The translations under genes and the position numbers were made by a program. A DNA stretch of 64,000 bases, taken from assembly GCA_043815185.1 (NCBI GenBank), contig JBDRJF010000026.1, forward strand, positions 773 to 64,772, in the 5' to 3' direction. Below, piece by piece: positions 19,683-30,499 of this stretch. Position 1 is the first letter of the stretch, and each line of letters begins with the position of its first letter. The notes under the pieces were generated by a model. It was not told the origin of the DNA. It saw nothing but the letters and a program-made list of their open reading frames with translations, and ran no database searches. The DNA is from Candidatus Omnitrophota bacterium. GTDB taxonomy: Bacteria > Omnitrophota > Gorgyraeia > Duberdicusellales > 4484-171.

Positions 19683-20560
19683 TGATTCATCCTAAGGCAA
19701 TTATCGAAAAAGATGTAATTTTAGGAGAAGAGGTAAGCATAGGCCCTTATGCTTATATCGAAAAGGGGGTTCATTTAGGCCGGGGAGTAAGGGTTTCTGC
19801 TTTTGTACACTTAAAGGCTAATACTTATATTGGCGATAATACTTTTATTGGCAGTGGCAGCGTTATTGGCGAAGCCCCCCAAGTTTTAGAGTCCAGAGTT
19901 CCCAGGGGTAAGGTTTATATTGGAAAAAATAATATTATCCGGGAGTATGTTACGATCAATTGCGCAAGCTCTCCCGATAAGGCCACTTCCTTAGGCGACA
20001 GTAATTTTCTTATGGCCTGTTCCCACATCGCCCACGACTGTAAGTTAGCCAATAATATTGTTATTTGCAATGGTACTCTGGTTGCCGGTCACGTTGAAAT
20101 TCAAGATAAGGTCTTTATTTCCGGAAATGTAGTTATTCATCAATTCGTAAGGATTGGCAGGTTAGCAATGGTGGGAGGCCTCTCGAGAGTTAACCAGGAT
20201 ATACTTCCCTTTATGCTGGTAGTCGGAGACTCCCGGGTTTGGGGGCTCAATTTAGTAGGTCTAAGGCGAGCAAGTTTTAAAGCTAACCAGATAAGTCCAA
20301 TTAGAAAAGCCCATAACTTCCTTTACCGCAAGGACTTGCCTCTTAAAATTGCTTTAGAAAATTTAAAGAAGATTGATTCAACTGAAGTGAAGGAGATGGT
20401 AGTTTTTATTCTTTCCTCTCAAAGAGGAATTTGCGGCCCTAAAAGAAGTACTTTATGGGAAAAGCTATTTTTAGATTACCCTTATTTTATCGGCAGGAAA
20501 ATTCCTACTTACGATTCTTTGCCTAAGCCTGATTTAAATAAGTTTGATACTAGAGAATAA
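19682..20560 (+). CDS. lpxA: Acyl-ACP--UDP-N-acetylglucosamine O-acyltransferase
   Basis: Left-handed beta-helix hexapeptide repeats starting MIHPKAII, the HIAHDC motif, and an LpxA-type helical C-domain. Confidence 0.85.
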   Translation: MIHPKAIIEKDVILGEEVSIGPYAYIEKGVHLGRGVRVSAFVHLKANTYIGDNTFIGSGSVIGEAPQVLESRVPRGKVYIGKNNIIREYVTINCASSPDKATSLGDSNFLMACSHIAHDCKLANNIVICNGTLVAGHVEIQDKVFISGNVVIHQFVRIGRLAMVGGLSRVNQDILPFMLVVGDSRVWGLNLVGLRRASFKANQISPIRKAHNFLYRKDLPLKIALENLKKIDSTEVKEMVVFILSSQRGICGPKRSTLWEKLFLDYPYFIGRKIPTYDSLPKPDLNKFDTRE

Positions 20561-21311
20561 TTTTTGTTGCGAAGACTAACCAGCCAGTATGGCAAGGCAT
20601 TAGTTGTTCCGGCCGGGTTTTTCCTCTTCTTACCAGAATTCTGCGCAGGAGAATTTCCATAGTTTCAATATTGACAAATCCTTTTTCTTCCAGGCTAAAT
20701 ACAGTTTTAGTAAGTTGTTCAAAAGTGGGGCATATTGTAGCAAGCCGGCAACCCCCTTTTAGTGATTTATAAGCAGCGTCAATCAATTCCCAGGGGCTTC
20801 CAATATCAATCATTACAAAGTCAGCTTCTTTTTCATCGAATTCAGTGGTAATTTCCTGGTGTTTGAATTCCACCCATTCATTTAAGCCGTTCTTTTCTAA
20901 GTTTTTCTTAGCATTTTCGAGAAATTCTTTATTTCTTTCGTAGCTATAGACTCGGCCGTTGGGTCTGACAAAATTAGCCAAAGCCGTAGTTAATGCCCCG
21001 CTGCCTATGCCGGACTCAATTACTTTGGCTCCCGGAAAGATATTTCCCCGAACCAGGATCATTCCAATATCTTTGGGGTAAAGGATTTGTGTTTTTCTTC
21101 TTACTTTCATTACCAGCTCATAGAGGTAAGGACGGAGAATATAGAAGGGGAACCCCAGGTTTGTTTCTGCTCTTTGGCCAAATTCTTTGCCGATAAGCGA
21201 ACCGATTTCCAGAAAACCTTTATCGGTATGGAGGGTTTTTACTTCGGCCTTGAGGAGGAAGTTTCTTTTTTCATCGTTATAGAGGAATATGAGATCTCCT
21301 TGTTTTACCAT
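20550..21311 (-). CDS. trmI: tRNA (adenine58-N1)-methyltransferase TrmI/Gcd14 family
   Basis: N-terminal beta domain followed by a SAM-binding VIESGIGSGALT motif. Family-typical length. Confidence 0.85.
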   Translation of the reverse strand: MVKQGDLIFLYNDEKRNFLLKAEVKTLHTDKGFLEIGSLIGKEFGQRAETNLGFPFYILRPYLYELVMKVRRKTQILYPKDIGMILVRGNIFPGAKVIESGIGSGALTTALANFVRPNGRVYSYERNKEFLENAKKNLEKNGLNEWVEFKHQEITTEFDEKEADFVMIDIGSPWELIDAAYKSLKGGCRLATICPTFEQLTKTVFSLEEKGFVNIETMEILLRRILVRRGKTRPEQLMPCHTGWLVFATKIIL

Positions 21312-21449
21312 AGTATAAAATATATCACTAGAAAAATATCTTGCAAGGAGATATTCTTTGTATTAAACTCTGATAAGACCTATAAAGGTCTGTCGTAAAC
21401 AGGTTGGTTTTCGTACAACTTAGGCCAGCAAAAAATAATAAGGTCGATA

Positions 21450-22643
21450 ATGAAGTATGTTGTAGTTGTTCCTGATGGTGCCAGCGATTATCCCATTGAT
21501 ATTTTAGGAGCAAAGACACCTTTTGAGGTGGCTGATATTCCTTTCATGGATTCCCTGGCCAAATCCGGGATATTGGGAAGAGTTAAAACCGTTCCCCGAG
21601 GATTTACCCCTTCTAGTGATATTGCTAATCTTTCTTTGCTCGGTTATGACCCGGAAATCTACTATACCGGCCGGGGCCCGCTTGAGGCGGTGAATTTGGG
21701 GGTAGAATTAGCTGAGAGAGATTTAGCTTTTCGTTGTAATCTTATCACCGAAGCCGAAGGTAAACTCCAGGATTATAGCGGAGGACATATAACCGATAAA
21801 GAAGCTAAGATTCTTATTGATTGTATCAATGATAATCTAAAGACCGATAAAATTCAGTTTTTTTTCGGAACTAGTTACCGTAACCTTATGGTTATTCGGG
21901 AAGGAGCGGATTTAGGGTTAAATAAACTGAAATATCTTGCTCCTCACGATATCATGGGTAAGGAAATATCTCGAAACCTGCCGCGAGGTAAGGGCAGCGA
22001 GGTTATTACCGGCCTGATAAATCGCTCTAAAGATTTTCTTGCTGATAATGAGATCAATAAAGTGAGAATAGATCTGGGAGAAAATCCGGCTAATATGATT
22101 TGGCTTTGGGGCTGTGGCGGCAAGCCGGCAATGCCGCTCTTTGAAACTGAATTTGGCATTAAGGGTGCAGTTATCTCAGCCGTAGATTTAATAAAGGGTA
22201 TTGGAAAAATAATTGGGTTGAAGGTATCAGAAGTCGAAGGTGCCAATGGCTACTACGATACTAATTATCTGGGTAAGGCCCAAGCCGCTCTTGCGGCCTT
22301 AGAAGATTGTGATTTTGTTTTTGTTCACATAGAAGCTACTGATGAGGCCGGTCATAACCAAGACTTGCGGATGAAAATAGCTTGCCTTGAGCGAATAGAT
22401 AAACTTGTTGTCGGTACCATAGTAGAGAGGCTAAAGGATAAAGATTTCCGAATTTTAATTACTCCAGACCATCCTACCCCCATCAGTATCAGGACGCATA
22501 CCGCTGAACCGGTACCTTTCTTAATCTCTGGTTCGGGAATAGGCAAAGATGATTTCTCTTCATATTCAGAGAGAGAAGCTCAGAATAGTTCACTCTATTT
22601 TGATAAAGGTACAGATTTACTAAAATACTTTCTTACTAAATGA
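21450..22643 (+). CDS. Cofactor-independent phosphoglycerate mutase family protein (archaeal ApgM type; possible non-canonical homoserine kinase)
   Basis: MKYVVVVPDGASDYP...TPDHPTP metalloenzyme-superfamily pattern. Located directly upstream of lysC. Confidence 0.8.
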   Translation: MKYVVVVPDGASDYPIDILGAKTPFEVADIPFMDSLAKSGILGRVKTVPRGFTPSSDIANLSLLGYDPEIYYTGRGPLEAVNLGVELAERDLAFRCNLITEAEGKLQDYSGGHITDKEAKILIDCINDNLKTDKIQFFFGTSYRNLMVIREGADLGLNKLKYLAPHDIMGKEISRNLPRGKGSEVITGLINRSKDFLADNEINKVRIDLGENPANMIWLWGCGGKPAMPLFETEFGIKGAVISAVDLIKGIGKIIGLKVSEVEGANGYYDTNYLGKAQAALAALEDCDFVFVHIEATDEAGHNQDLRMKIACLERIDKLVVGTIVERLKDKDFRILITPDHPTPISIRTHTAEPVPFLISGSGIGKDDFSSYSEREAQNSSLYFDKGTDLLKYFLTK

Positions 22644-22670
22644 GCGATACTAAAGGAAGAATGAGGTAAA

Positions 22671-23912
22671 ATGCCGAGCGAATTAAAAAATAAATTGGTC
22701 ATTCAGAAATACGGCGGTAGCTCAGTAGCTGATATCGCAAAGATAGAAAAAGCTGCCCAGAAAGTTGTTGCTTACGCTAAGCGGGGCAACAGGGTAGTAG
22801 TTGTTATTTCGGCAATGGGGGATACTACTAATGATTTAGTTAGTTTGGCCAAGAAGATTAATCCTTATCCTTCGGAACGCGAAATGGATATGTTAATGTC
22901 TACCGGAGAGCAGATTTCTTGTTCCTTGTTGGCTATGGCGATTCATAAGAGAGGTAAAGGAGCAATATCATTTACCGGGCCTCAGGTTGGAATCATCACC
23001 GACACCGATCATACCCAGGCTAAGATTTTAAAGATCAAGACCGATCGCATCAAGAGAGAATTGCGAAGCGGTAATATTGTTATTGTGGCCGGATTTCAAG
23101 GTTTAAGTACAGCCATGGAAATAACTACTTTGGGCCGTGGCGGCTCAGACCTAAGCGCTGTAGCTTTAGCTGTAGCTTTGAAGGCAGATTTATGTGAGAT
23201 TTATACCGATGTCGAAGGCATCTATACTGCTGATCCGCGAATTGTGCCGGCGGCAAAAAAATTAAAATATATTACCTTTGATGAAATGCTGGAGCTGGCA
23301 TCTCGTGGAGCCCAAGTTATGCATACCAGGGCAGTTGAGGTGGCTAAGAAGTTTAATATCCCGATACATGTGAAGGGCAGCTTTACTAAAAAGGAGGGAA
23401 CAATAATTATGGGAAAGAGACCATTAATAGAGGAACCTGTGGTAAGGGGAGTAACTCTTGCCAGTAATGAGGCCAAAATAACTTTGTGTAACGTTCCGGA
23501 TAAGCCGGGAATCGCCGCCCATATGTTTAAAGAGTTGAGCCGGCAGAACATTAATATAGATATGATTGTTCAGAATGTAAGCCATAGAAAAGCGACTGAT
23601 ATCTCTTTTACCGTCCCCAAAAATAATCTGATCAAGACGCTTAAAATTTCAAAGGAAATTTCCAAGCGCATTGGCGCCGGAGAAGTTATTTCTGATGAGA
23701 CTATAGCTAAGGTTTCCGTAGTGGGAGTGGGGATGAGGACTCATTCCGGAGTAGCAGCAAAGTGTTTCTCAATTTTAGCCAAGAATAAAATTAATATTGA
23801 TATGATTTCAACTTCAGAGATTAGTATCTCTTGCGTGGTAAAGAAAGGGGTAGGCAAGAGAGCTTTAAAGGTGCTTCATGAGGGATTTAAATTGGATAAA
23901 ATAAATTCATAA
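22671..23912 (+). CDS. lysC: Aspartate kinase
   Basis: VIQKYGGSSV, GRGGSD, and two C-terminal ACT domains. Confidence 0.95.
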   Translation: MPSELKNKLVIQKYGGSSVADIAKIEKAAQKVVAYAKRGNRVVVVISAMGDTTNDLVSLAKKINPYPSEREMDMLMSTGEQISCSLLAMAIHKRGKGAISFTGPQVGIITDTDHTQAKILKIKTDRIKRELRSGNIVIVAGFQGLSTAMEITTLGRGGSDLSAVALAVALKADLCEIYTDVEGIYTADPRIVPAAKKLKYITFDEMLELASRGAQVMHTRAVEVAKKFNIPIHVKGSFTKKEGTIIMGKRPLIEEPVVRGVTLASNEAKITLCNVPDKPGIAAHMFKELSRQNINIDMIVQNVSHRKATDISFTVPKNNLIKTLKISKEISKRIGAGEVISDETIAKVSVVGVGMRTHSGVAAKCFSILAKNKINIDMISTSEISISCVVKKGVGKRALKVLHEGFKLDKINS

Positions 23913-23933
23913 GAGCTAAAGGATAAAGGTTAG

Positions 23934-25505
23934 ATGAAAAAAGTATATATTTACGATACAACTCTAAGGGATGGAACTCAAACTCCGGGGATCTCTTTGA
24001 GTTGTCAGGATAAGATCAATATCGCCAAAAAGTTAGATGATTTTGGCATTGATTTTATCGAAGGGGGCTGGCCCTATTCTAATCCTAAAGATAAAGAACT
24101 TTTTGAATATTTTAAGAAACATCCTTTAAAAAAGAGCAAACTTACTCCTTTTGGCTCTACAGCTCATCCCTCAAAGCCGGCTAAGGAGGATAAAAATCTT
24201 ATCAGCTTACTTGATTCAGAGACTGAGTGCGTTACTATTTTCGGTAAAACCTGGGATTTGCATGTAAAAGAAGTTTTGAAGATAAAACCCGATGATAATC
24301 TTAGGATTATCTCTGACAGCATAAGTTTCTTAAAAAGTAAAGGAAGGCGTGTCTTCTATGATGCTGAACACTTCTTTGACGGATACAAGGCTAATCCCAG
24401 TTACGCCCTTAAGACTTTAAGAGTAGCCAGGGAGTCGGGAGCTGAGCTAATTGTTTTTTGTGATACCAATGGCGGAACCTTGCCTCGGCGAGTTAAGACA
24501 ATAATTCAAGAGGTAAAGAGTAAACTTTCTTTGGCCAGTTTTGGAGTGCATTGCCACAATGATTTGGGGTTGGCAGTGGCAAATTCGATAGTTTGTGTAG
24601 ATGAAGGTTGTAGGCACATCCAGGGAACTATTAATGGTTATGGGGAAAGGTGCGGAAATACTGACTTAGTGACGATAATCAGCATATTGCAGCTTAAGAT
24701 GGGAAAAAAGGTTATATCTTCCAAGAAGTTAGCTGAGTTAGCGCATCTTTCCTATTTTGTAAGTGAAGTCTGCAATATGGCCCATCGCGATAATCATCCT
24801 TTTGTAGGCCACAGCGCTTTTGCTCATAAGGGAGGAGTGCATATTGATGCAGTTATAAAAAATCCTCGGGCCTATGAGCATATTGATCCGGCTTTAGTGG
24901 GAAACAAACGGAAGCTTATTGTTTCAGAGCTAGCTGGTAAGTCTACTTTAGTAGTAAAGGCTAGAGAGTTAGAGTTTGATTTAGATAAAAAGTCAGATCA
25001 GGCTAAGAATTTACATAAACTTATCCAAAAGCTAGAAAAAGAAGGATATCAGTTTGAAGCTGCCGAAGGTTCTTTTAAACTGCTGCTTCAGAAAGAATTT
25101 AAGAAATATAAAAACTTTTTTGATCTGCTGGGATTTAAAGTTGTTGTTGAGAAAGGCGAAGATAACAAGTTGGTTTCAGAGGCAATAATAAGGCTGAAGA
25201 TTAACGGGAAATTAGAGCATACAGCTTCTCTTGGCGATGGTCCGGTTAACGCTTTGGACAACGCTTTGAGAAAGGCTTTATCTAAGTTTTATCCAACACT
25301 CTCTGAGATGCACCTTACTGATTTTAAGGTTAGAGTGCTTGATGAGAAAGGCGGGACTGCCACAAAGGTGAGAGTTTTGATTCAATCCCAGGACAAGGAA
25401 GATAACTGGTCAACTATTGGTGTTTCAGGAAATATTATTGAGGCATCTTGGCAGGCTTTATCCGATAGCGTTGAGTATAAACTGCTTAAAGACTCTCCTA
25501 AATAA
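23934..25505 (+). CDS. cimA: (R)-citramalate synthase (LeuA/CimA family, long form)
   Basis: IYDTTLRDGTQ and HCHND motifs, with the CimA-type N-terminus and a LeuA-dimer regulatory domain. The CimA versus LeuA assignment is by similarity pattern only. Confidence 0.8.
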   Translation: MKKVYIYDTTLRDGTQTPGISLSCQDKINIAKKLDDFGIDFIEGGWPYSNPKDKELFEYFKKHPLKKSKLTPFGSTAHPSKPAKEDKNLISLLDSETECVTIFGKTWDLHVKEVLKIKPDDNLRIISDSISFLKSKGRRVFYDAEHFFDGYKANPSYALKTLRVARESGAELIVFCDTNGGTLPRRVKTIIQEVKSKLSLASFGVHCHNDLGLAVANSIVCVDEGCRHIQGTINGYGERCGNTDLVTIISILQLKMGKKVISSKKLAELAHLSYFVSEVCNMAHRDNHPFVGHSAFAHKGGVHIDAVIKNPRAYEHIDPALVGNKRKLIVSELAGKSTLVVKARELEFDLDKKSDQAKNLHKLIQKLEKEGYQFEAAEGSFKLLLQKEFKKYKNFFDLLGFKVVVEKGEDNKLVSEAIIRLKINGKLEHTASLGDGPVNALDNALRKALSKFYPTLSEMHLTDFKVRVLDEKGGTATKVRVLIQSQDKEDNWSTIGVSGNIIEASWQALSDSVEYKLLKDSPK

Positions 25506-25603
25506 GGATAATTAAAGCTTATCCTTGCTTATTGTTTTTTTAATAAGCAATGATATAATTGGGGTTAGCTGTGGCCCAGTCTAAAGATAGGGAAAGGATA
25601 GAG

Positions 25604-27280
25604 ATGAAAGGTGCTAAAATTCTAATTGAGAGCTTGATTCAGGAAAGGGTAGAGGTGATTTTTGGCTATCCCGGCGGGACAGTCATCCCTCTTTTTGATT
25701 GCCTCTATGATTCTCCGATAAAATTTATTTTGACCCGTCATGAGCAGGCAGCCGCTCATGCTGCTGATGGTTATGCCCGTTCTACCGGCAAGGTAGGAGT
25801 TTGTGTAGCTACATCCGGGCCCGGGGCGACTAACTTAACTACCGGTATTGCAACTGCCCACATGGATTCTGTGCCGATTATAGCTATTACCGGACAGGTA
25901 AAAACATCTTTAATCGGTAATGATGCGTTTCAGGAAGCCGATATAACCGGGATAACTCGTTCGATAAGCAAGTATAATTATCTGATCAAGGATGCCAAGG
26001 ATATTGCTTATGTTGTAAAAGAAGCTTTTTATCTAGCTAGTACCGGAAGGCCCGGACCAATAGTTATTGATTTACCGGTTGATGTGCAGATGCAAGAGGC
26101 AGATTTTAACTACCCTAAGAAAATAAAGATGAGAAGTTATAATCCAACTCATTTTGGACATCCCGGCCAAATAAAAAAAGTACTTAAACTTATCTATAAT
26201 TCTCAGCAGCCGGTGATTATGGCCGGAGGAGGGGGTATTATAGCCGGAGCTAGTGAGGAGTTATTAAGATTTGCTGAAAAAACCAATATTCCGGTCACGA
26301 CTACCCTTATGGGATTGGGGGGATTTCCCTCTACCCATCGACTATCTTTAGGTATGCCGGGCATGCACGGAACTGTATATGCTAACTTGGCAGTCACCGA
26401 GAGCGACCTTTTAATTTCGGTTGGTTCCCGTTTCGATGACCGAGTTACCGGAAAAGTAGATGCTTTTGCCCCCGGGGCAAAGATAGTTCATATTGATATT
26501 GACCCTACATCTATAAGTAAAACTATAAATGTTGATGTTCCGATTGTCGGAGATGCTAAGAATATCGTTGGTCAGCTCACCGAAGAGGTAGACGCAACTA
26601 AACTAGCTGATCTGGAAAACTGGCATAAGAAAATAAAAGAATGGAAGAAGAAGCATCCGCTTAAGTATAAGCTTAAGAAGACCGGTAAGATTAAGCCGCA
26701 ATACGTTATTGAGGAAATTTACCGGCAAACAAAAGGTAAGGCTATCATTACTACTGAGGTGGGGCAAAATCAGATGTGGACATCACAGTTTTATAAGTTT
26801 GATTATCCCCGTCATTTTCTATCCAGTGGAGGTTTGGGAACAATGGGTTACGGTTTCCCGGCAGCAATCGGGGCAAAAATAGCTAACCCCAAGCAAGAAG
26901 TAATTGTTATCGCCGGTGATGGTTCGATACAGATGAATATTCAGGAATTAGCTACAGTGAGTACTTATAATTTAAAGATCAAGATAATCATTTTGAATAA
27001 CGGTTATTTGGGAATGGTCAGGCAATGGCAGGAACTTTTTTATGACCGGCGTTATTCAGGAACGACCTTGAAGAATCCTGATTTCGTGAAAATTGCCCAA
27101 GGTTATGGAATAAAAGGTATACAGGTAAAGAAAGTAAGCGAAGTAAAGCCAGCAATACAGGGAATCCTTAAATTTAAAGGTTCTGTTTTGGCTGATTTTT
27201 TGATTGAACCCGAAGAGAACGTATTTCCTATGGTGCCGGCCGGAGAGGCCATTAACCGAATGATTGGAGGTATGGCTTGA
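25604..27280 (+). CDS. ilvB: Acetolactate synthase large subunit
   Basis: ThDP enzyme motifs ([39 protein letters not shown]). The ATG at 25604 is preferred over the track's TTG at 25559. Confidence 0.95.
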   Translation: MKGAKILIESLIQERVEVIFGYPGGTVIPLFDCLYDSPIKFILTRHEQAAAHAADGYARSTGKVGVCVATSGPGATNLTTGIATAHMDSVPIIAITGQVKTSLIGNDAFQEADITGITRSISKYNYLIKDAKDIAYVVKEAFYLASTGRPGPIVIDLPVDVQMQEADFNYPKKIKMRSYNPTHFGHPGQIKKVLKLIYNSQQPVIMAGGGGIIAGASEELLRFAEKTNIPVTTTLMGLGGFPSTHRLSLGMPGMHGTVYANLAVTESDLLISVGSRFDDRVTGKVDAFAPGAKIVHIDIDPTSISKTINVDVPIVGDAKNIVGQLTEEVDATKLADLENWHKKIKEWKKKHPLKYKLKKTGKIKPQYVIEEIYRQTKGKAIITTEVGQNQMWTSQFYKFDYPRHFLSSGGLGTMGYGFPAAIGAKIANPKQEVIVIAGDGSIQMNIQELATVSTYNLKIKIIILNNGYLGMVRQWQELFYDRRYSGTTLKNPDFVKIAQGYGIKGIQVKKVSEVKPAIQGILKFKGSVLADFLIEPEENVFPMVPAGEAINRMIGGMA

Positions 27281-27415
27281 AAAAAATTAAAAACCAAAAA
27301 TAAAAAACTAAATACAGGTATTAAAAACATTAAAATTTTTAAATTTTTTGTTTGTGTTTTTGGTATTTAAGATTTAATTTTTAATATTTGATTTTTATAA
27401 GAGTGGAGCGATGAA

Positions 27416-27889
27416 ATGAGGCACACCATACAAGCATTAGTTGAAAACAGGTTTGGAGTTTTAGCAAGGGTTTCTTCTTTGTTTAGCGCCCGCGGCTATA
27501 ACATTGAATCTTTAGCAGTCGGTGAAACTGAGGATTCTTCTGTTTCGTGTATGACTATTGTTGTAGACGCTCAGGACGAGAAGGTTCTGGAACAGATAAA
27601 AAAGCAACTCCATAAGTTAATCGATGTAATTACAGTCATCGATTTTACCCGTCGGGATTATATTGATCGAGACCTGATTTTAGCCAGAATACTTAAAGAT
27701 AAAAAAAGCGAAAAGATCATAGAAAAACTAGTCAAGAAGTTTCCAGTAAAGATCATTGGAGAAACTAAAGAGGATTATTTCTTGGAGATTTGTTCGGATC
27801 GCTACCAGGAAGAAGAAATTCTAAAAGGATTGAAGGGCTTAGGGATAAAAGAATTAGTAAGGACCGGGAGAATTGCAATCGGAAAGTAA
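27416..27889 (+). CDS. ilvN: Acetolactate synthase small (regulatory) subunit
   Basis: ALVENRFGVLARVSSLFSARGYNIESLAVG ACT domain, typical of IlvH/IlvN. Confidence 0.9.
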   Translation: MRHTIQALVENRFGVLARVSSLFSARGYNIESLAVGETEDSSVSCMTIVVDAQDEKVLEQIKKQLHKLIDVITVIDFTRRDYIDRDLILARILKDKKSEKIIEKLVKKFPVKIIGETKEDYFLEICSDRYQEEEILKGLKGLGIKELVRTGRIAIGK

Positions 27890-27991
27890 GCAGAAACAAT
27901 CGATAATTTATAATTGATAATTAAGATTCTAAGTATCCTTTATTATCATTTATCATTTATCATTTATTAATCATAAGAAGGGGGTATAGGA

Positions 27992-28981
27992 ATGGCTAAG
28001 ATGTATTACGACAAGGATGCTAATCTGGATGTAATTAAGAATCTTAAAATAGCTATTATCGGTTATGGCATACAGGGCCGGGGTCAGGCTTTAAATTTAA
28101 GAGATAGCGGAGTTGGAGTTTTAGTCAGTGAACTTAAAGGCACACCAAACTATGAACAAGCTAAACAAGACGGATTTGAGGTTGTGTCTGCTGAGGATGC
28201 TGCAGCAGCAGCCGATATCATCCAGATATTAACCCAGGATCATGTCCAGGGTAGGGTTTATGAAAATTCTATAGTAGCTAACCTTAAACAAGGCAATTCG
28301 CTGGTGTTTTCTCACGGATTTAACATTCATTTTAAGCAAATTGTGCCTCCAGAAAATGTTGATGTTTTTATGGTTGCGCCTAAGGGGCCGGGTGCTTTGG
28401 TAAGGGAGATGTATGAACAAGGCAAGGGAGTTCCTTGTTTAATCGCAGTATTTCAGGACTTTAGCGGCAAAGCTAAAGATAAAGCTTTAGCTTATGCTAA
28501 GGCTATCGGCGGGACCAGAGCCGGTGTTATTGAAACTACCTTTAAAGAAGAGACCGAGACTGATCTTTTTGGTGAACAGGCAGTTCTTTGTGGGGGTACT
28601 TCAGAGTTGATAAAAGCCGGTTTTGATACTTTAGTCGAAGCCGGGTATCAACCGGAAATCGCTTACTTTGAATGTTTACATGAACTTAAACTGATTACCG
28701 ATCTTATTTACAAGACCGGTATTTATGGTATGAGAAAAAGAGTTTCGGATACTGCTGAATATGGCGACATAACCAGAGGTAAACGGATAATCAATAAACA
28801 AACTCGCGAGGAGATGAAGAAGATTCTTGGCGAGGTTCAATCAGGTTCTTTTGCCCGGGAGTGGATAAAAGAAAATCAAGAAGGTAGGCCAAACTACAAT
28901 AAGATAACCGAGGAAGAAAAAAACCATCCGATTGAAAAAATTGGAAAGGAACTCCGCGGAATGATGCCCTGGATGGAATAA
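27992..28981 (+). CDS. ilvC: Ketol-acid reductoisomerase
   Basis: [19 protein letters not shown], a class I KARI of 329 aa. Confidence 0.97.
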   Translation: MAKMYYDKDANLDVIKNLKIAIIGYGIQGRGQALNLRDSGVGVLVSELKGTPNYEQAKQDGFEVVSAEDAAAAADIIQILTQDHVQGRVYENSIVANLKQGNSLVFSHGFNIHFKQIVPPENVDVFMVAPKGPGALVREMYEQGKGVPCLIAVFQDFSGKAKDKALAYAKAIGGTRAGVIETTFKEETETDLFGEQAVLCGGTSELIKAGFDTLVEAGYQPEIAYFECLHELKLITDLIYKTGIYGMRKRVSDTAEYGDITRGKRIINKQTREEMKKILGEVQSGSFAREWIKENQEGRPNYNKITEEEKNHPIEKIGKELRGMMPWME

Positions 28982-28993
28982 CCGGTGCGATAA

Positions 28994-30499
28994 GTGGCAA
29001 AAGAAAAAATTGTTATTTTTGATACTACCTTAAGAGACGGGGAGCAGGCTCCGGGAGCAGCTTTGACTTCTGAGCAGAAGCTAGAGATTGCCTACCAACT
29101 GGCCAAATTAGGGGTGGACGTGATTGAGGCTGGTTTTCCGATTGCCAGCCCTGATGACTCCCGGGCCGTAGATCTTATTGCCCGGAATATTAAGGGAAGT
29201 ACTATCTGCGCTTTGGCAAGATGTTTGCCTAAGGATATTGCGGCAGCTCAAAATTCGTTAAAGAGGGCAACCAATCCCCGCATCCACATTTTTTTAGCTA
29301 CTTCAAAAATTCACCTCAAGTACAAATTTAAAAAAGCTGAGGATGAGATTCTAGTTTTGGCTAAAGAAGCTACTAAATTAGCTCGCAATTTATGTGGAGA
29401 TATTGAGTTTTCTCCCGAAGATGCTACTCGTTCAAGGAAAGAATTTCTTTTTCGGGTAATTGAGACAGCTATAGCTTACGGGGCAAGAACAATAAATATT
29501 CCCGATACAGTCGGCTACTCTTACCCTCAAGAAATCTACAGTTTGATTTCTGATATCCGCGATAATGTTCCTAATATCGAAAAGGCAGTTATTGCCATAC
29601 ACTGTCATGATGATTTGGGCATGGCTGTTGCAAATTCTCTCTCGGCAGTCTTAGCCGGAGTCCGCCAAGTTCATTGCACAATAAACGGCATTGGTGAGCG
29701 AGCCGGTAATGCATCATTGGAGGAGATAGTAATGGCTCTGAATACCCGTAAGGATGTTTTTACGAATCTGGTAACTGGCATAAAGACCAAAGAGATTATT
29801 CATACCTCCCGTCTGGTAAGCAATCTTACTGGATTCATTGTTCCGCCTAATAAAGCGATTGTGGGTAGAAACGCCTTTGCGCATGAGTCGGGGATTCACC
29901 AAGATGCCATACTTAAGAAGAGAAGTACTTACGAAATAATGAACCCTAAGGATGTAGGGGTGGATAAAACTCAGATAGTTTTGGGAAAACATTCCGGAAG
30001 ACATGCCCTTGCCAAGAGGCTGGGAAAACTGGGCTTTAATTTTACTAAAGATAAAATCGATGTATTTTTTAAACAGTTTAAACAACTGGCTGATAAGAAA
30101 AAAGAGGTTTTTGATGATGATTTAATTGCTTTAGCCGAAGAGCAGGTAAAGCCGAAAGTTAAGGTTTATGATTTGGTTTCAGTAAAAGTAGTTACCGAGA
30201 CCGGAGCTTTGCCTCAAGCCGAAATTAAAATTAGGTATAAGGGAAAGGTCCGCGAAGCTCAATCTACCGGCGATGGACCGGTAGACGCCTGTTATAAAGC
30301 AATTGATAAGATTACCGGGATAAAAACCAAACTGTTTGGGTATAAGCTTGATGCAATTACCAGCGGCAAAGATGCTCAAGGCCGGGTAAGAGTGGAAATT
30401 ACCGTTAAGGGCAAAACGGTTAACGGCCGGGGTTCGAGCACAGATATTTTAGAATCTTCGGTGAAAGCCTATCTGGATGCTCTCAATCGAATTGGATGA
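28994..30499 (+). CDS. leuA: 2-isopropylmalate synthase
   Basis: GTG start. IFDTTLRDGEQ, HCHDDLGMAVANS and a C-terminal LeuA dimerisation domain. Confidence 0.93.
   Translation: MAKEKIVIFDTTLRDGEQAPGAALTSEQKLEIAYQLAKLGVDVIEAGFPIASPDDSRAVDLIARNIKGSTICALARCLPKDIAAAQNSLKRATNPRIHIFLATSKIHLKYKFKKAEDEILVLAKEATKLARNLCGDIEFSPEDATRSRKEFLFRVIETAIAYGARTINIPDTVGYSYPQEIYSLISDIRDNVPNIEKAVIAIHCHDDLGMAVANSLSAVLAGVRQVHCTINGIGERAGNASLEEIVMALNTRKDVFTNLVTGIKTKEIIHTSRLVSNLTGFIVPPNKAIVGRNAFAHESGIHQDAILKKRSTYEIMNPKDVGVDKTQIVLGKHSGRHALAKRLGKLGFNFTKDKIDVFFKQFKQLADKKKEVFDDDLIALAEEQVKPKVKVYDLVSVKVVTETGALPQAEIKIRYKGKVREAQSTGDGPVDACYKAIDKITGIKTKLFGYKLDAITSGKDAQGRVRVEITVKGKTVNGRGSSTDILESSVKAYLDALNRIG

Noticed and set aside
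20993-21519. Plus-strand ORFs 20993..21196 and 21087..21398, and minus-strand ORF 21328..21519
   Set aside because: They are antisense to trmI, or span the divergent promoter region and the start of the apgM-like gene. They have no motifs or RBS.
25559-25603. Track-proposed upstream TTG/GTG starts for ilvB (25559), aroC (32728), the response regulator (55138), yggS (39891) and the HD-GYP gene (52465)
   Set aside because: In each case an internal ATG preceded by a Shine-Dalgarno-like sequence, or forming an ATGA overlap with the upstream stop, fits the conserved protein N-terminus better. The extensions overlap RBS or promoter-like sequence.
27947-27967. Short tandem repeats (TCATTTA x3 here; TATCTAATAT x2.5 at 55032) as CRISPR arrays
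   Set aside because: The units are 7-10 nt with no spacers and no cas genes. These are simple tandem repeats.
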